Below are positions 18,635 through 26,994 of a stretch of DNA of 26,994 nucleotides, piece by piece; position 1 is the stretch's first letter, and each line of letters opens with the position of its first letter. The stretch covers positions 1 through 26,994 of the forward strand of contig JBHLME010000057.1 of the NCBI GenBank assembly GCA_048938445.1, given 5' to 3'. Position numbers and translations under genes: made by a program. The notes below the pieces were generated by a model. The model made no database searches. It worked only from the letters and a program-made list of their open reading frames with translations, and was not told where the DNA came from. Origin of the DNA: Promethearchaeota archaeon (GTDB lineage Archaea > Asgardarchaeota > Lokiarchaeia > Sigyniarchaeales > SOKP01).

Positions 18635-19090
18635 ATGGTCTCGTTAAAGATTGATAAAAAAGAAATTATTAGTGGGCTTGAAATGGGGATATATACAAAA
18701 GAATACCACCATCGTAATAGAAATCCTGATCCAGATGATTATGATGATAATTCTGGGAATGAACACACAATTTACGTGTATATAAATGATGATTATGATG
18801 TTACTGGTGTAAAGTCATTTTTTGGAGATATGCCTAGCATTCAAGTAAGCAATGAACAAATATTAGAAGGAGAGGTTAGAATTCCTGTAGTTGTTAAAGA
18901 GGTACCTGAAATGAGTGTTCACTTGGGAATGTTAACACAAGAAGAATTTATAATTTTAAAAATTTGTGATGGAATGAACACGATTCCACAGGTCGCAGAA
19001 ATTTCTGGAAAAACTGTTGACCAAATTGATGCAATGATGGAAAAATTGCGAAAAAAAGGATTAGTTAAGGTTATTAGAAGAGAATTATAA
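18635..19090 (+). CDS. Putative Zn-binding domain plus C-terminal winged-helix protein (true start probably upstream of 18635)
   Basis: C-terminal 'EEFIILKICDGMNTIPQVAEISGKTVDQIDAMMEKLRKKGLVKV' is wHTH-like; the frame stays open upstream to 18551 and encodes FCDIC. Confidence 0.75.
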   Translation: MVSLKIDKKEIISGLEMGIYTKEYHHRNRNPDPDDYDDNSGNEHTIYVYINDDYDVTGVKSFFGDMPSIQVSNEQILEGEVRIPVVVKEVPEMSVHLGMLTQEEFIILKICDGMNTIPQVAEISGKTVDQIDAMMEKLRKKGLVKVIRREL

Positions 19091-19100
19091 AATAAATCCT

Positions 19101-19745
19101 TTAACCTATTAGTTTTTTACCTTCTTCAATTCCAAGATGTAAAGCTTTTATATTTTTATCAGGATCTCTGAGCCATTCTTTAATGACTTCTTCATAATGT
19201 TCTATTTCTATAAATGGAATTTTTCCAGTTGGAATTGCTAAACCAAGCATGATTAAATTAACATATTGATTTGAGTTGAAATGATTTAGAGATAAATCAG
19301 TTGCATTTGTGAGATACACTTTCTCAGAATAATTTCTTAGGATTTCTTCAATTTTTTTTAAAGAAGGATATTTTTCGAGATTTGCCGTAATCATAATACC
19401 AGGAATAGTACGTGAGTTTATTACAAAGGTTGTTTTACTTGATGCGAATATTCCTCTCCTTAAAGCCTCTACGGGTTCAAAACAAATATATAAATCCGCA
19501 TCACCATAGCAAATTAAAGGAGAATGGAGATTTTTTCGTTCATCCTCCTGAATCTCTTTTTGATATCTTGTATGACTAGTAATGGCTCCTTCACGTTGTG
19601 CTAGACCATGCATCTCACTTCCAAAATTTCTTTCAACACCTGCTTTTTGAGAAGCAAATTCGATCAATCTTTTAAGAGTAATTACTCCTTGTCCTGCGGT
19701 ACCAGCAATTACAATATTAATTATGTCAGTTGTGTTAAAGTTCAC
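19101..19745 (-). CDS. iorB: Indolepyruvate:ferredoxin oxidoreductase beta subunit
   Basis: 'IAGTAGQGVIT', 'SEMHGLAQREGAI', 'FEPVEALR', 'NLIMLG'. Start refined to the GTG at 19745, 7 nt after SD AGGAGGTG; the ORF track gives 19766. Confidence 0.9.
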   Translation of the reverse strand: MNFNTTDIINIVIAGTAGQGVITLKRLIEFASQKAGVERNFGSEMHGLAQREGAITSHTRYQKEIQEDERKNLHSPLICYGDADLYICFEPVEALRRGIFASSKTTFVINSRTIPGIMITANLEKYPSLKKIEEILRNYSEKVYLTNATDLSLNHFNSNQYVNLIMLGLAIPTGKIPFIEIEHYEEVIKEWLRDPDKNIKALHLGIEEGKKLIG

Positions 19746-21681
19746 GGAAAGGCACCTCCTCTGCAAATAAATTTATAGTTGATTTACGAATTGCTCCATT
19801 GGGACATACTTCATAACAAACACCACATCTCACGCATCTATCTTGATCTATCTGCATTTCTTCCAAGCCATCAGCTTCTACCCTTCGAATTGCCGGACAA
19901 CTTAAAACTCTAGCACATTCATAACACATCTGACATCCTCCGATGAAATATGAGACATCTTGAACTTTATTTCCCTCACTTTCTATCGCTCTAATCTGGC
20001 TCATTCGCCATCTATGAGCCTGTAATGCACACTCTCGCTTGATAATTATTACTTTTAATCCTTTAGTTGCTAATCCTTCTTCGATTGATCTTGTCAATTT
20101 TTTTGGATTATATGAATCTTCAACTCTTAGCCAAGGAACGCCTATTGCTTTACATATTTTTTGGATTGAAAATCCCTTATTTGATAAATACCTGAGAACG
20201 TCATCTTGATGTCCTGTCATCGCGGTCCAAGAATTTTCAAAGATTATGAGTAATACATTTGAGTTATATCCTACTGCTTCTGCTAAGGGGGCCATTCCAG
20301 TATGAAAAAATGTGGAATCTCCAATCATTGCCAATATATTCTGATCCGATTTAGCCGCCAATCCAATTGCGGCACTTATCCCTCCAGACATGCAAATTAC
20401 CAAGTCAGAACATTGTTGGGGTGGAAAGAAACTCATTACATAGCATCCAATATCTCCAGAAATCACGGTATTTTCTAGATGATTTGTTGCTTTTAAAATA
20501 GAGTATAAAGTTGCTCGTTCAGGACAGCCAGCACAAAATGTGGGAAATCTACTTGGAATGAGTTCTTTATACGAATTAAAATTTTCAATAGCATTAATTA
20601 TTTGGGAGCTAGGTGTTTTATCAAAGATTTTAGCAAGTGATGTGGCAACTAAACCAGTTGAAAATTCATTATGTGAGGGGAAATATTTTTTACCGATTAT
20701 ATCCACGTTAATTTTTTCTTTTTGGACAATTTCTGCAACTTTTACCTCCAAAAATGGTTCTAATTCTTCAATAATCACGATTTTTTCAAGATTGTTCATA
20801 AAATCAATGATCTCTTTATAATTCAAGGGATAAACCATTCCAAGTTTTAAGACAGGAACATCATTTAATCCGAGTTGATTAAGGGCCTCCATAGTATATC
20901 CAAATGGCATTCCACTTGTTATTATCCCAGTTTTATTAGTGCCAGGATATACTTTATTTAATCCTAATTCTGGTATGATTTCCCTTAATTTTTCTATTCT
21001 TTCGTATAATCTAATGTGATTATTAATAGCATGGGGTGGTAATGAATTAAATTTAGGAATATTTCGAATAAATTCACCTTTTTTCTGACCCTTTTTTAAG
21101 GGTTCTACTTCTACAAAACCTCTCGAATGTGCACTTCTAGTTGAGGTTCTAAAATTGATGATTAGGTCAAATTTTTCTGAAAGGTCAAAGGCGAGTTTGA
21201 TCCAATCCTTACATTCTTGAGGTGTATGTGGTTCAATAGTAGGTAGGTGAAACATCCACGCATAAAAACGTTCGTTTTGTTCTTGATGAGATCCTAAGCT
21301 TCCAGGATCAGAGCCCACGACAATTACCATCCCTCCTGGATTTGGACCATTTAATGCGATCACGCTCAAAGCATCACTTGCTACATTAAGACCAACATGT
21401 TTCATTGGATTAAGACTCCTAACTCCAGTCCAAGCAGCTCCAGCACATGCAGAAGTTGCAACAGCTTCATTCACCGCCCAATGATGGACTAGATATTCTC
21501 CAAAATTCGGATTTGCTTTTAAAACTTGGTGAAAGTATTCTCCGATATCGCTTGTAGGAGTGCCTGGATATTGAGAGACATAAGAGACACCAGCTTCTAA
21601 GCAACCTCTCACCAGAGCTTCGTTTCCGAGCATCATTACTTTTCCATTTTCTTGCGTAAAACGAGTGTCTTTAATTGGCAA
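19735..21681 (-). CDS. iorA: Indolepyruvate:ferredoxin oxidoreductase alpha subunit
   Basis: 'LGNEALVRG', 'YPGTPTS', 'MKHVGLNVASD', 'FCAGCP', 'GDIGCY', TPP motif 'IGDSTFFHTG...NSWTAMTGHQ', C-terminal ferredoxin CVRCGVCYEVCP. Confidence 0.93.
   Translation of the reverse strand: MPIKDTRFTQENGKVMMLGNEALVRGCLEAGVSYVSQYPGTPTSDIGEYFHQVLKANPNFGEYLVHHWAVNEAVATSACAGAAWTGVRSLNPMKHVGLNVASDALSVIALNGPNPGGMVIVVGSDPGSLGSHQEQNERFYAWMFHLPTIEPHTPQECKDWIKLAFDLSEKFDLIINFRTSTRSAHSRGFVEVEPLKKGQKKGEFIRNIPKFNSLPPHAINNHIRLYERIEKLREIIPELGLNKVYPGTNKTGIITSGMPFGYTMEALNQLGLNDVPVLKLGMVYPLNYKEIIDFMNNLEKIVIIEELEPFLEVKVAEIVQKEKINVDIIGKKYFPSHNEFSTGLVATSLAKIFDKTPSSQIINAIENFNSYKELIPSRFPTFCAGCPERATLYSILKATNHLENTVISGDIGCYVMSFFPPQQCSDLVICMSGGISAAIGLAAKSDQNILAMIGDSTFFHTGMAPLAEAVGYNSNVLLIIFENSWTAMTGHQDDVLRYLSNKGFSIQKICKAIGVPWLRVEDSYNPKKLTRSIEEGLATKGLKVIIIKRECALQAHRWRMSQIRAIESEGNKVQDVSYFIGGCQMCYECARVLSCPAIRRVEADGLEEMQIDQDRCVRCGVCYEVCPNGAIRKSTINLFAEEVPFREL
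19753..19760 (-). promoter_or_regulatory. Shine-Dalgarno site for iorB inside the iorA 3' end
   Basis: AGGAGGTG on the minus strand, 7 nt upstream of an in-frame GTG. Confidence 0.65.
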
Positions 21682-21875
21682 ATTGTTTTCTACTCAATTA
21701 GTAATTAATCGATATTATTTTAAAATGAGCATGACAAAAAAAATTTATTAATATGAAATATAACTTGGAATCTCAATACACTGAATTATTGTAAGTTTTA
21801 TAGATAAAACTAAATTTAAAATTTAACTATAATGCAAATCCAAATTTATAAAGAAATAAGTATTAAAAAGATACA

Positions 21876-23525
21876 ATGTCTGATCAAAAAAAATATTATG
21901 AATTTTGGCCTGAAGGTGTTCCGAAAGAAGTCGAACTTCCTAATAAAAATTTAATTGATTATTTTGAAGATTCTGCAAAAAGATTTCCTGATAATATACT
22001 AACATATTTTATGGGGTTTACACTTACATACTCAAAAGTTCTTGATATTGTTTATCGTATTGCGACAAAATTAACAGAACTAGGAATAAGAAAAGGAGAT
22101 TGCGTGGCAATTCATTATACAAATAATCCTGCATTTGTAGTTGCATATTATGGTATTTTAAAAATTGGAGCAGTTGTAACCTCAATATCTCCTTTATTTA
22201 AAAGTTTAGAAATAAAAAGACAATTAAATGATTCTGAAGCAAAAGTTTTTATTGGGTGGGAAGGTTTTTCCAACGTAGTAGATCCAATTATTAGTGAAAC
22301 TGGTGTTAAATATAAATTTTATACTAATTTGGCGCCCTATTTATCACCCGATCCAATGGCTCCTCCTGAATTCTCGATGGGTGGTGAACCAACATTTGAA
22401 GATATTATTCGGGAAACTGAAGCTAATCCTCCAGAAGTTCAAATAAATCAAGATGACTTAGTTATGTTACAATATACAGGTGGAACAACAGGATTTCCAA
22501 AGGGAGCAATGCTAACTAATAGTAGTATTGCTTCTAATGTAGTGCAGGCAACGTCCTGGATGCCTGAAAGAGAGATAGGGAAAGAAGTGATTCTCGCAGC
22601 TTTACCATTTTATCATATTTACATGTGTTTTTTTATGAATATTTGTGTTTATATGGGAGGATCTCTTACTTGTGTATTTAATCCTCGAGAAGCACATGAA
22701 ATTATTGAGGCAATTGAAGCCACTAAAATAACTTTATTTCCAGGTGTTGCAGCAATATATAACAATATTAACAATTTTGAAGGTATTGAAAAACATGATC
22801 TCTCGAGCATCAAATATTGTTTTAGCAGTGCTGGACCTCTACCAGATGAAATTAGAAAGCGATTTGAAGAATTAACTGGTGCAATATTACGAGAAGCTTA
22901 TGGATTAACAGAAATGTCACCAGTTGTAGCTATAAATCCTCTCGAAGCGTCAAAAAATAGATCTGGCTCGATAGGGCTTCCCATTCCAAATACTGAAGTT
23001 AAAATAGTTGATGAACAACTTAATACTCTTGGAATTAATGAAATAGGCGAATTAGTGGCTAGAGGACCCCAGATGATGAGAGGGTATTATAAACGTGAAG
23101 ATGAAACAAAATATACGATTCAGAAACATGGTGACGGAAAAATATGGCTCCATACAGGAGATATGGCATTAATGGATGAAGATGGATATTTATACATTAA
23201 AGATAGGCTTAAAAATTTAATTAAATATAAAGGACATTCAGTATATCCAACCGAAGTTGAAGATTTACTTTATAATCATGAAGCTATTAATGAATGTGGA
23301 GTAATAGGAATAACTGATGAAGAAGGCAAGGAAAATATTAAAGCTTATATTGTTTTAAAAGAAGAGTTTGTTGGTAAAGTTACTGAACAAGATATAATTC
23401 AATGGAGTAAAGAAAATATGGGATTTGAAAAATATCCCCGATATATCGAATTCATTGATGAAATTCCTAAAACCATTGTTGGAAAAGTCCTTCATCGAGA
23501 ATTACGAGAGTTAGAGAAAAAATAA
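21876..23525 (+). CDS. Long-chain fatty acid--CoA ligase (ANL adenylate-forming family)
   Basis: 'QYTGGTTGFPKG', 'EAYGLTE', 'GELVARGPQMMRGYY', 'WLHTGD', 'PKTIVGKV'. Confidence 0.92.
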   Translation: MSDQKKYYEFWPEGVPKEVELPNKNLIDYFEDSAKRFPDNILTYFMGFTLTYSKVLDIVYRIATKLTELGIRKGDCVAIHYTNNPAFVVAYYGILKIGAVVTSISPLFKSLEIKRQLNDSEAKVFIGWEGFSNVVDPIISETGVKYKFYTNLAPYLSPDPMAPPEFSMGGEPTFEDIIRETEANPPEVQINQDDLVMLQYTGGTTGFPKGAMLTNSSIASNVVQATSWMPEREIGKEVILAALPFYHIYMCFFMNICVYMGGSLTCVFNPREAHEIIEAIEATKITLFPGVAAIYNNINNFEGIEKHDLSSIKYCFSSAGPLPDEIRKRFEELTGAILREAYGLTEMSPVVAINPLEASKNRSGSIGLPIPNTEVKIVDEQLNTLGINEIGELVARGPQMMRGYYKREDETKYTIQKHGDGKIWLHTGDMALMDEDGYLYIKDRLKNLIKYKGHSVYPTEVEDLLYNHEAINECGVIGITDEEGKENIKAYIVLKEEFVGKVTEQDIIQWSKENMGFEKYPRYIEFIDEIPKTIVGKVLHRELRELEKK

Positions 23526-23601
23526 TTGTTGATAGCATTGAATTAAATGATATTCAATGAAAATTATGATATTTAGTCCAAATTAATTCTAAGAAAGAAG
23601 T

Positions 23602-24141
23602 TTATTTTATCTTAGATATGTATTTATTCTCAATTAAAAAACCAATCAACCTATTAAACGCTTTTTTAACATTAAAGTCATCTTTAGCGCTAGTTTTCAT
23701 AAAATCTATAATCCTATCATGGTTTTTAATAATATTTTTAACAAAATCATCTGATTGTGACGTTTCAGAGAGTAAATCATACTTAGTACCTACTAATAGT
23801 ATTGGTAAATCTATGTGTTCTGTTAATTCTTTAATCCATGCTTCTATTTGAAGCATTGAATTAAATCTCGTTAAATCAAATGCTAAAATGCATCCTACGG
23901 CACCACCAACAAAATTAGGAAGCATGAATCTAAATTGCATTTGGCCTCCAAAATCCCAAAAAATAGCATTATATTCCTGGGAATCGCTATTATATCTTAT
24001 TATTTTGCTAAAAAATCCAATTCCTTTAGTTAGTGAAGAATTATCATCAAATTTATCATGAACATATCTATCTAGGAGGGAGCTCTTTCCAACTCCACCT
24101 TCACCGCAGACTAAGATCTTCAAAGTTCCTAATTCTACCAT
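23602..24141 (-). CDS. Rab/Ras-like small GTPase
   Basis: G1 GEGGVGKS, G2 T(KG), G3 WDFGGQ, G4 TKYD, G5 TSAK; 179 aa, no C-terminal Cys prenylation motif. Confidence 0.92.
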   Translation of the reverse strand: MVELGTLKILVCGEGGVGKSSLLDRYVHDKFDDNSSLTKGIGFFSKIIRYNSDSQEYNAIFWDFGGQMQFRFMLPNFVGGAVGCILAFDLTRFNSMLQIEAWIKELTEHIDLPILLVGTKYDLLSETSQSDDFVKNIIKNHDRIIDFMKTSAKDDFNVKKAFNRLIGFLIENKYISKIK

Positions 24142-24411
24142 CCTAATTAGATTAAATTAATTCTCTTTTTAAAAATATAATAATAATATGATATTACGTC
24201 TCGTGATAACAAACTTTATTTATTTGTAAAAACTTTTGCGCTATAGAAAAAATGGAATATAATACAAAAGATCAAGAGAATTTTCAAATATTTAATATGA
24301 TTTTTATTTTTATATTAACTTTTTAATTTATTTTATAAAATAGGCTTATATTTTAGATTTTAAAAATAAATACACATTTTTAAAAAAAATATACCTACTT
24401 ATGGCTAAATA

Positions 24412-25440
24412 TTAACAAGAAAAGTAAAATTTTTCATCCCTCTCTATACGTGTTACTTTTTCTTGGTTTTCTAAATATATTAAATGACCAAGAACTTCAC
24501 TAAGTGCTAAATAAGAATTAATATCATCAAGATCTTCGCCAAAATGAATTTTGGAAATTTCAAAAGGAGTCATTGGTTTATTTTCTATCAAACTTGAGAT
24601 TTCTTTTAATCTTTTCTCGTGATGTAATTTTATTTCATTTATTCGCTCTTGAGGATTGTAAATGACATCTTGATGAGCAGGAAAAATAATTTTTGGATTT
24701 AAATCCGAAATAACATCCAAAGATTTAAGATAGTGAGCGAGAATATCATTAAAATCTATATCACATTTAACCTTTAAGTCTGGATTTATAAGAAAATTAC
24801 CAATGTGGGGTGTAATTCGACTTAAAATATGATCACCAGAGTATAAATATTTCTTATTGTTATCAAAAATGCAAATATGCCCCATAGAATGACCCGGAGT
24901 CCAAATTGTTTTTAATTTATTAGTTGGAAAAATAATTTCATCACCATTTTGTAAAACCTTATCAGGTTTTTGATACCTTGTCATTTTTGCCCACATTGAA
25001 ATCATATTGAACATTCGCCTTTCAAATACTTCAGGCATTCCATACTTAATGAGTAATTTCGAACTTTCTTTTGCAATTTTATCAATAGTTTCATGGTTAG
25101 ATCCATCTGATTCCCATTTTAAATTTTGTTCTGTAATATCATGCATTAAAATCTGAATATTCGGATTTTTTCTCTTGAAACTTTTTATCAAACCTACATG
25201 ATCGATATGTCGATGAGTTACAATGCAATAATCAATATCAGAAATCGTTAACTTAAGATCTTCTAATAATGAATAGAATACTTCGTCCCATTTCCCCATA
25301 TTTAGACCTGCATCAATTAAGACTTTCTTATCATCTACATCAAACAAATAAACACAAACATATCTGACAGCAAATGGCACATCAATCTTAATCCTGTATA
25401 CATCCTCAATTTTATTTACTTCAGATTTAAACTTAGACAT
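24412..25440 (-). CDS. MBL-fold metallo-hydrolase with C-terminal winged-helix-like extension
   Basis: 'LIDAG', THRHIDHVG (HxHxDH), TPGHSMGH, SGDHIL, FPAH. Confidence 0.9.
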   Translation of the reverse strand: MSKFKSEVNKIEDVYRIKIDVPFAVRYVCVYLFDVDDKKVLIDAGLNMGKWDEVFYSLLEDLKLTISDIDYCIVTHRHIDHVGLIKSFKRKNPNIQILMHDITEQNLKWESDGSNHETIDKIAKESSKLLIKYGMPEVFERRMFNMISMWAKMTRYQKPDKVLQNGDEIIFPTNKLKTIWTPGHSMGHICIFDNNKKYLYSGDHILSRITPHIGNFLINPDLKVKCDIDFNDILAHYLKSLDVISDLNPKIIFPAHQDVIYNPQERINEIKLHHEKRLKEISSLIENKPMTPFEISKIHFGEDLDDINSYLALSEVLGHLIYLENQEKVTRIERDEKFYFSC

Positions 25441-25646
25441 GGTTAAATCATTTTTTACATACCTTATAAGAATTTAATAATATTAATGGTATTTTTAATT
25501 TCACATTTACAAAAATTAATATTTAAAAGATAAGTAATTAATTACCTGCAATTAAATCATAGAAAAATACATATATAATGAGTAATCTTAAAAATTTTCT
25601 AGCTTTCAATATTAATAATTTTTAAATCATAATTTTTATTATTTAA

Positions 25647-26513
25647 ATGATGAAGAAGATTCAAGTTCGATGTCCTAAATGTTTGGAGATGGGATATATC
25701 CAAATAAATGATAATGATGTTCAAACAAATATTAGGGGCGTCACGGGAATCAATATTATGGAATCCGTCATATGTAAACATGCGTTCGTGGTCTATATTG
25801 ATAATAATTATGAATTACGGGATTGTTTTAGTACTGATTTTACGATTAAACTCCCTGAATTAAAATTAAGTGAAGAAATTGCTCAAGATGATTTAATTGA
25901 TATTGATAATATTAACTTGAATCTAATAACAACTAATATATTTGCTCTAACATTAGCTTATATCTTGAGAGCTGGCTTTTATAAAAGAAGAATTCTGTTT
26001 CTAAATGATAATGAAGAACTTAACCATAATTTTAGCAATTTTATAAATTATTGTTTTCTAGACTCATTTGATATATTTATTGAGGTGAAAGAACGGTGGG
26101 AATATAACAGGGAAAAAAAGAAATATAAACACTATATCATAATTGAAAATGAAAGAGTCATAAAAGATAAAGAAAAAATCATGAATCCTAAAATGATGAA
26201 AATCGAAAGTATCATTGTTCAGACGTTTTTAGCTGAATCCGATCCAAAAACTTCAATTATTATGTTAAAAAACGAAATCAAGAAAGCTTATCATTTAACT
26301 AAAGATGTAAGTAAATATATTAAAGCCGCTGAAAACATTGAAGATTTAAAACCAAAGAATTTAATGAAATATTTAGATATGAAATATACTCAAGATGTTA
26401 ATAAATATTATTTAAAGTTTTTAATTCAAATCCTTATAAATTATTTTAATTTTAATTTGAAAGAAAAATTTGACTTTTTCAACTTATTTCATTGGTCATG
26501 GTACTTAAAATAA
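25647..26513 (+). CDS. Hypothetical protein with N-terminal CxxC...CxH Zn-binding domain
   Basis: 'RCPKC...ICKHAFVVYIDNNYELR'; 288-aa ORF with no recognisable enzyme motif. Confidence 0.78.
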   Translation: MMKKIQVRCPKCLEMGYIQINDNDVQTNIRGVTGINIMESVICKHAFVVYIDNNYELRDCFSTDFTIKLPELKLSEEIAQDDLIDIDNINLNLITTNIFALTLAYILRAGFYKRRILFLNDNEELNHNFSNFINYCFLDSFDIFIEVKERWEYNREKKKYKHYIIIENERVIKDKEKIMNPKMMKIESIIVQTFLAESDPKTSIIMLKNEIKKAYHLTKDVSKYIKAAENIEDLKPKNLMKYLDMKYTQDVNKYYLKFLIQILINYFNFNLKEKFDFFNLFHWSWYLK

Positions 26514-26561
26514 TGTAATAGAGAGAATAAATTATAAATAAAAAAGGAAGAAAAAATTTTT

Positions 26562-26915
26562 TTAAATTATTTTTTTGATTTCTTTTGCAAGTTCTTGAGC
26601 TTCTTTATCGCTCGTCTCAAGAATTTTAAAAGTTTCTTCTGGATTAACCATTAATGATGCATCTAATAATTTTTCAAGGCCGATTCTACTATTAATAGTC
26701 TCAGTTTTTTGTAAATGAAATATAACTCTACCCAACTCATTTTTTAATACTCCTCTCTCAGAATTAAGAACAATTCTTAGGAGTGCTGGGCATACTTCTT
26801 CGATAGTATCTTTACCGACTCGGGATGCAGCACTATAAATTTGTTTTCGTTGTTCATCGGTTATTTGGGATAATTTTTCTATATCAACTTTTTGGTCCAT
26901 CATTTTTATTTTCAC
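26562..26915 (-). CDS. Small alpha-helical hypothetical protein
   Basis: 117-aa ORF with amphipathic helical pattern; the start may be one of the ATGs in MMDQK. Confidence 0.7.
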   Translation of the reverse strand: MKIKMMDQKVDIEKLSQITDEQRKQIYSAASRVGKDTIEEVCPALLRIVLNSERGVLKNELGRVIFHLQKTETINSRIGLEKLLDASLMVNPEETFKILETSDKEAQELAKEIKKII

Positions 26916-26994
26916 TTATTATTTTTTTGATAATGTTTAAATCTAATTATAAATTAAAAAATTTGTATATATAAATGTATTGGTATAAAATTAT

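Noticed and set aside
19746-19766. iorB start at 19766 as given in the ORF track
   Set aside because: That extension contains the SD sequence itself; the GTG at 19745 has proper SD spacing.
1153-21777. 16-nt exact repeat AACTTGGAATCTCAAT at 1153-1168 and 21762-21777
   Set aside because: Only two copies, one inside coding sequence; compatible with chance in a 27-kb AT-rich window.
24142-24411. Very AT-rich 270-bp intergenic region with imperfect palindrome TATTACG-TCT-CGTGATA as an origin or ncRNA
   Set aside because: No ORB-like repeats or adjacent cdc6/orc1 gene and no GC-rich structured segment; best read as promoter/terminator DNA.
1699-25781. Short alternative-frame or antisense ORFs in the track (1699, 3140, 3586, 5612, 5804, 7150, 10474, 12291, 12624, 15912, 16181, 16356, 16502, 17734, 17810, 20540, 23618, 25599)
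   Set aside because: Each overlaps a well-supported gene, has F/S/L/I-biased shadow composition and shows no recognisable motif.
1-26994. Selenocysteine (TGA readthrough), since Lokiarchaeia are known to use Sec and several redox genes are present
   Set aside because: The TGA-terminated redox genes (porD, nitroreductase) are full length with all expected Cys ligands; I saw no split ORF or convincing SECIS.

Overview
AT-rich, gene-dense archaeal chromosomal segment, most likely from an Asgard archaeon (Lokiarchaeia-like). This is inferred from archaeal EF-1beta plus Zn-ribbon gene pair, RIO2, a Rab-like small GTPase and a gelsolin-like domain. Housekeeping and metabolic content: rio2, a 2-oxoacid:ferredoxin oxidoreductase set (gamma | delta-alpha-beta) interrupted by an antisense PAS histidine kinase, iorAB, an acyl-CoA ligase, a crotonase, an alpha/beta-hydrolase lacking its catalytic Ser, a flavodoxin-ferredoxin, mutS-nitroreductase-mutL and an MBL-fold hydrolase. 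The most interesting signals are eukaryote-like membrane/cytoskeleton candidates: a gelsolin-like domain fused to four TM helices, two proteins sharing a CxxC...H-x3-(V)Y-I-(D/N) Zn-binding domain (one with an NPRL2-like winged helix and a missing canonical start codon, one with a DENN-like segment near the Rab-like GTPase), a 3x66-aa helical-repeat coiled-coil protein and a GOLD/p24-like membrane protein. No rRNA, tRNA, CRISPR array or transposase was recognised. All domain calls are by-eye motif recognition, not database searches.
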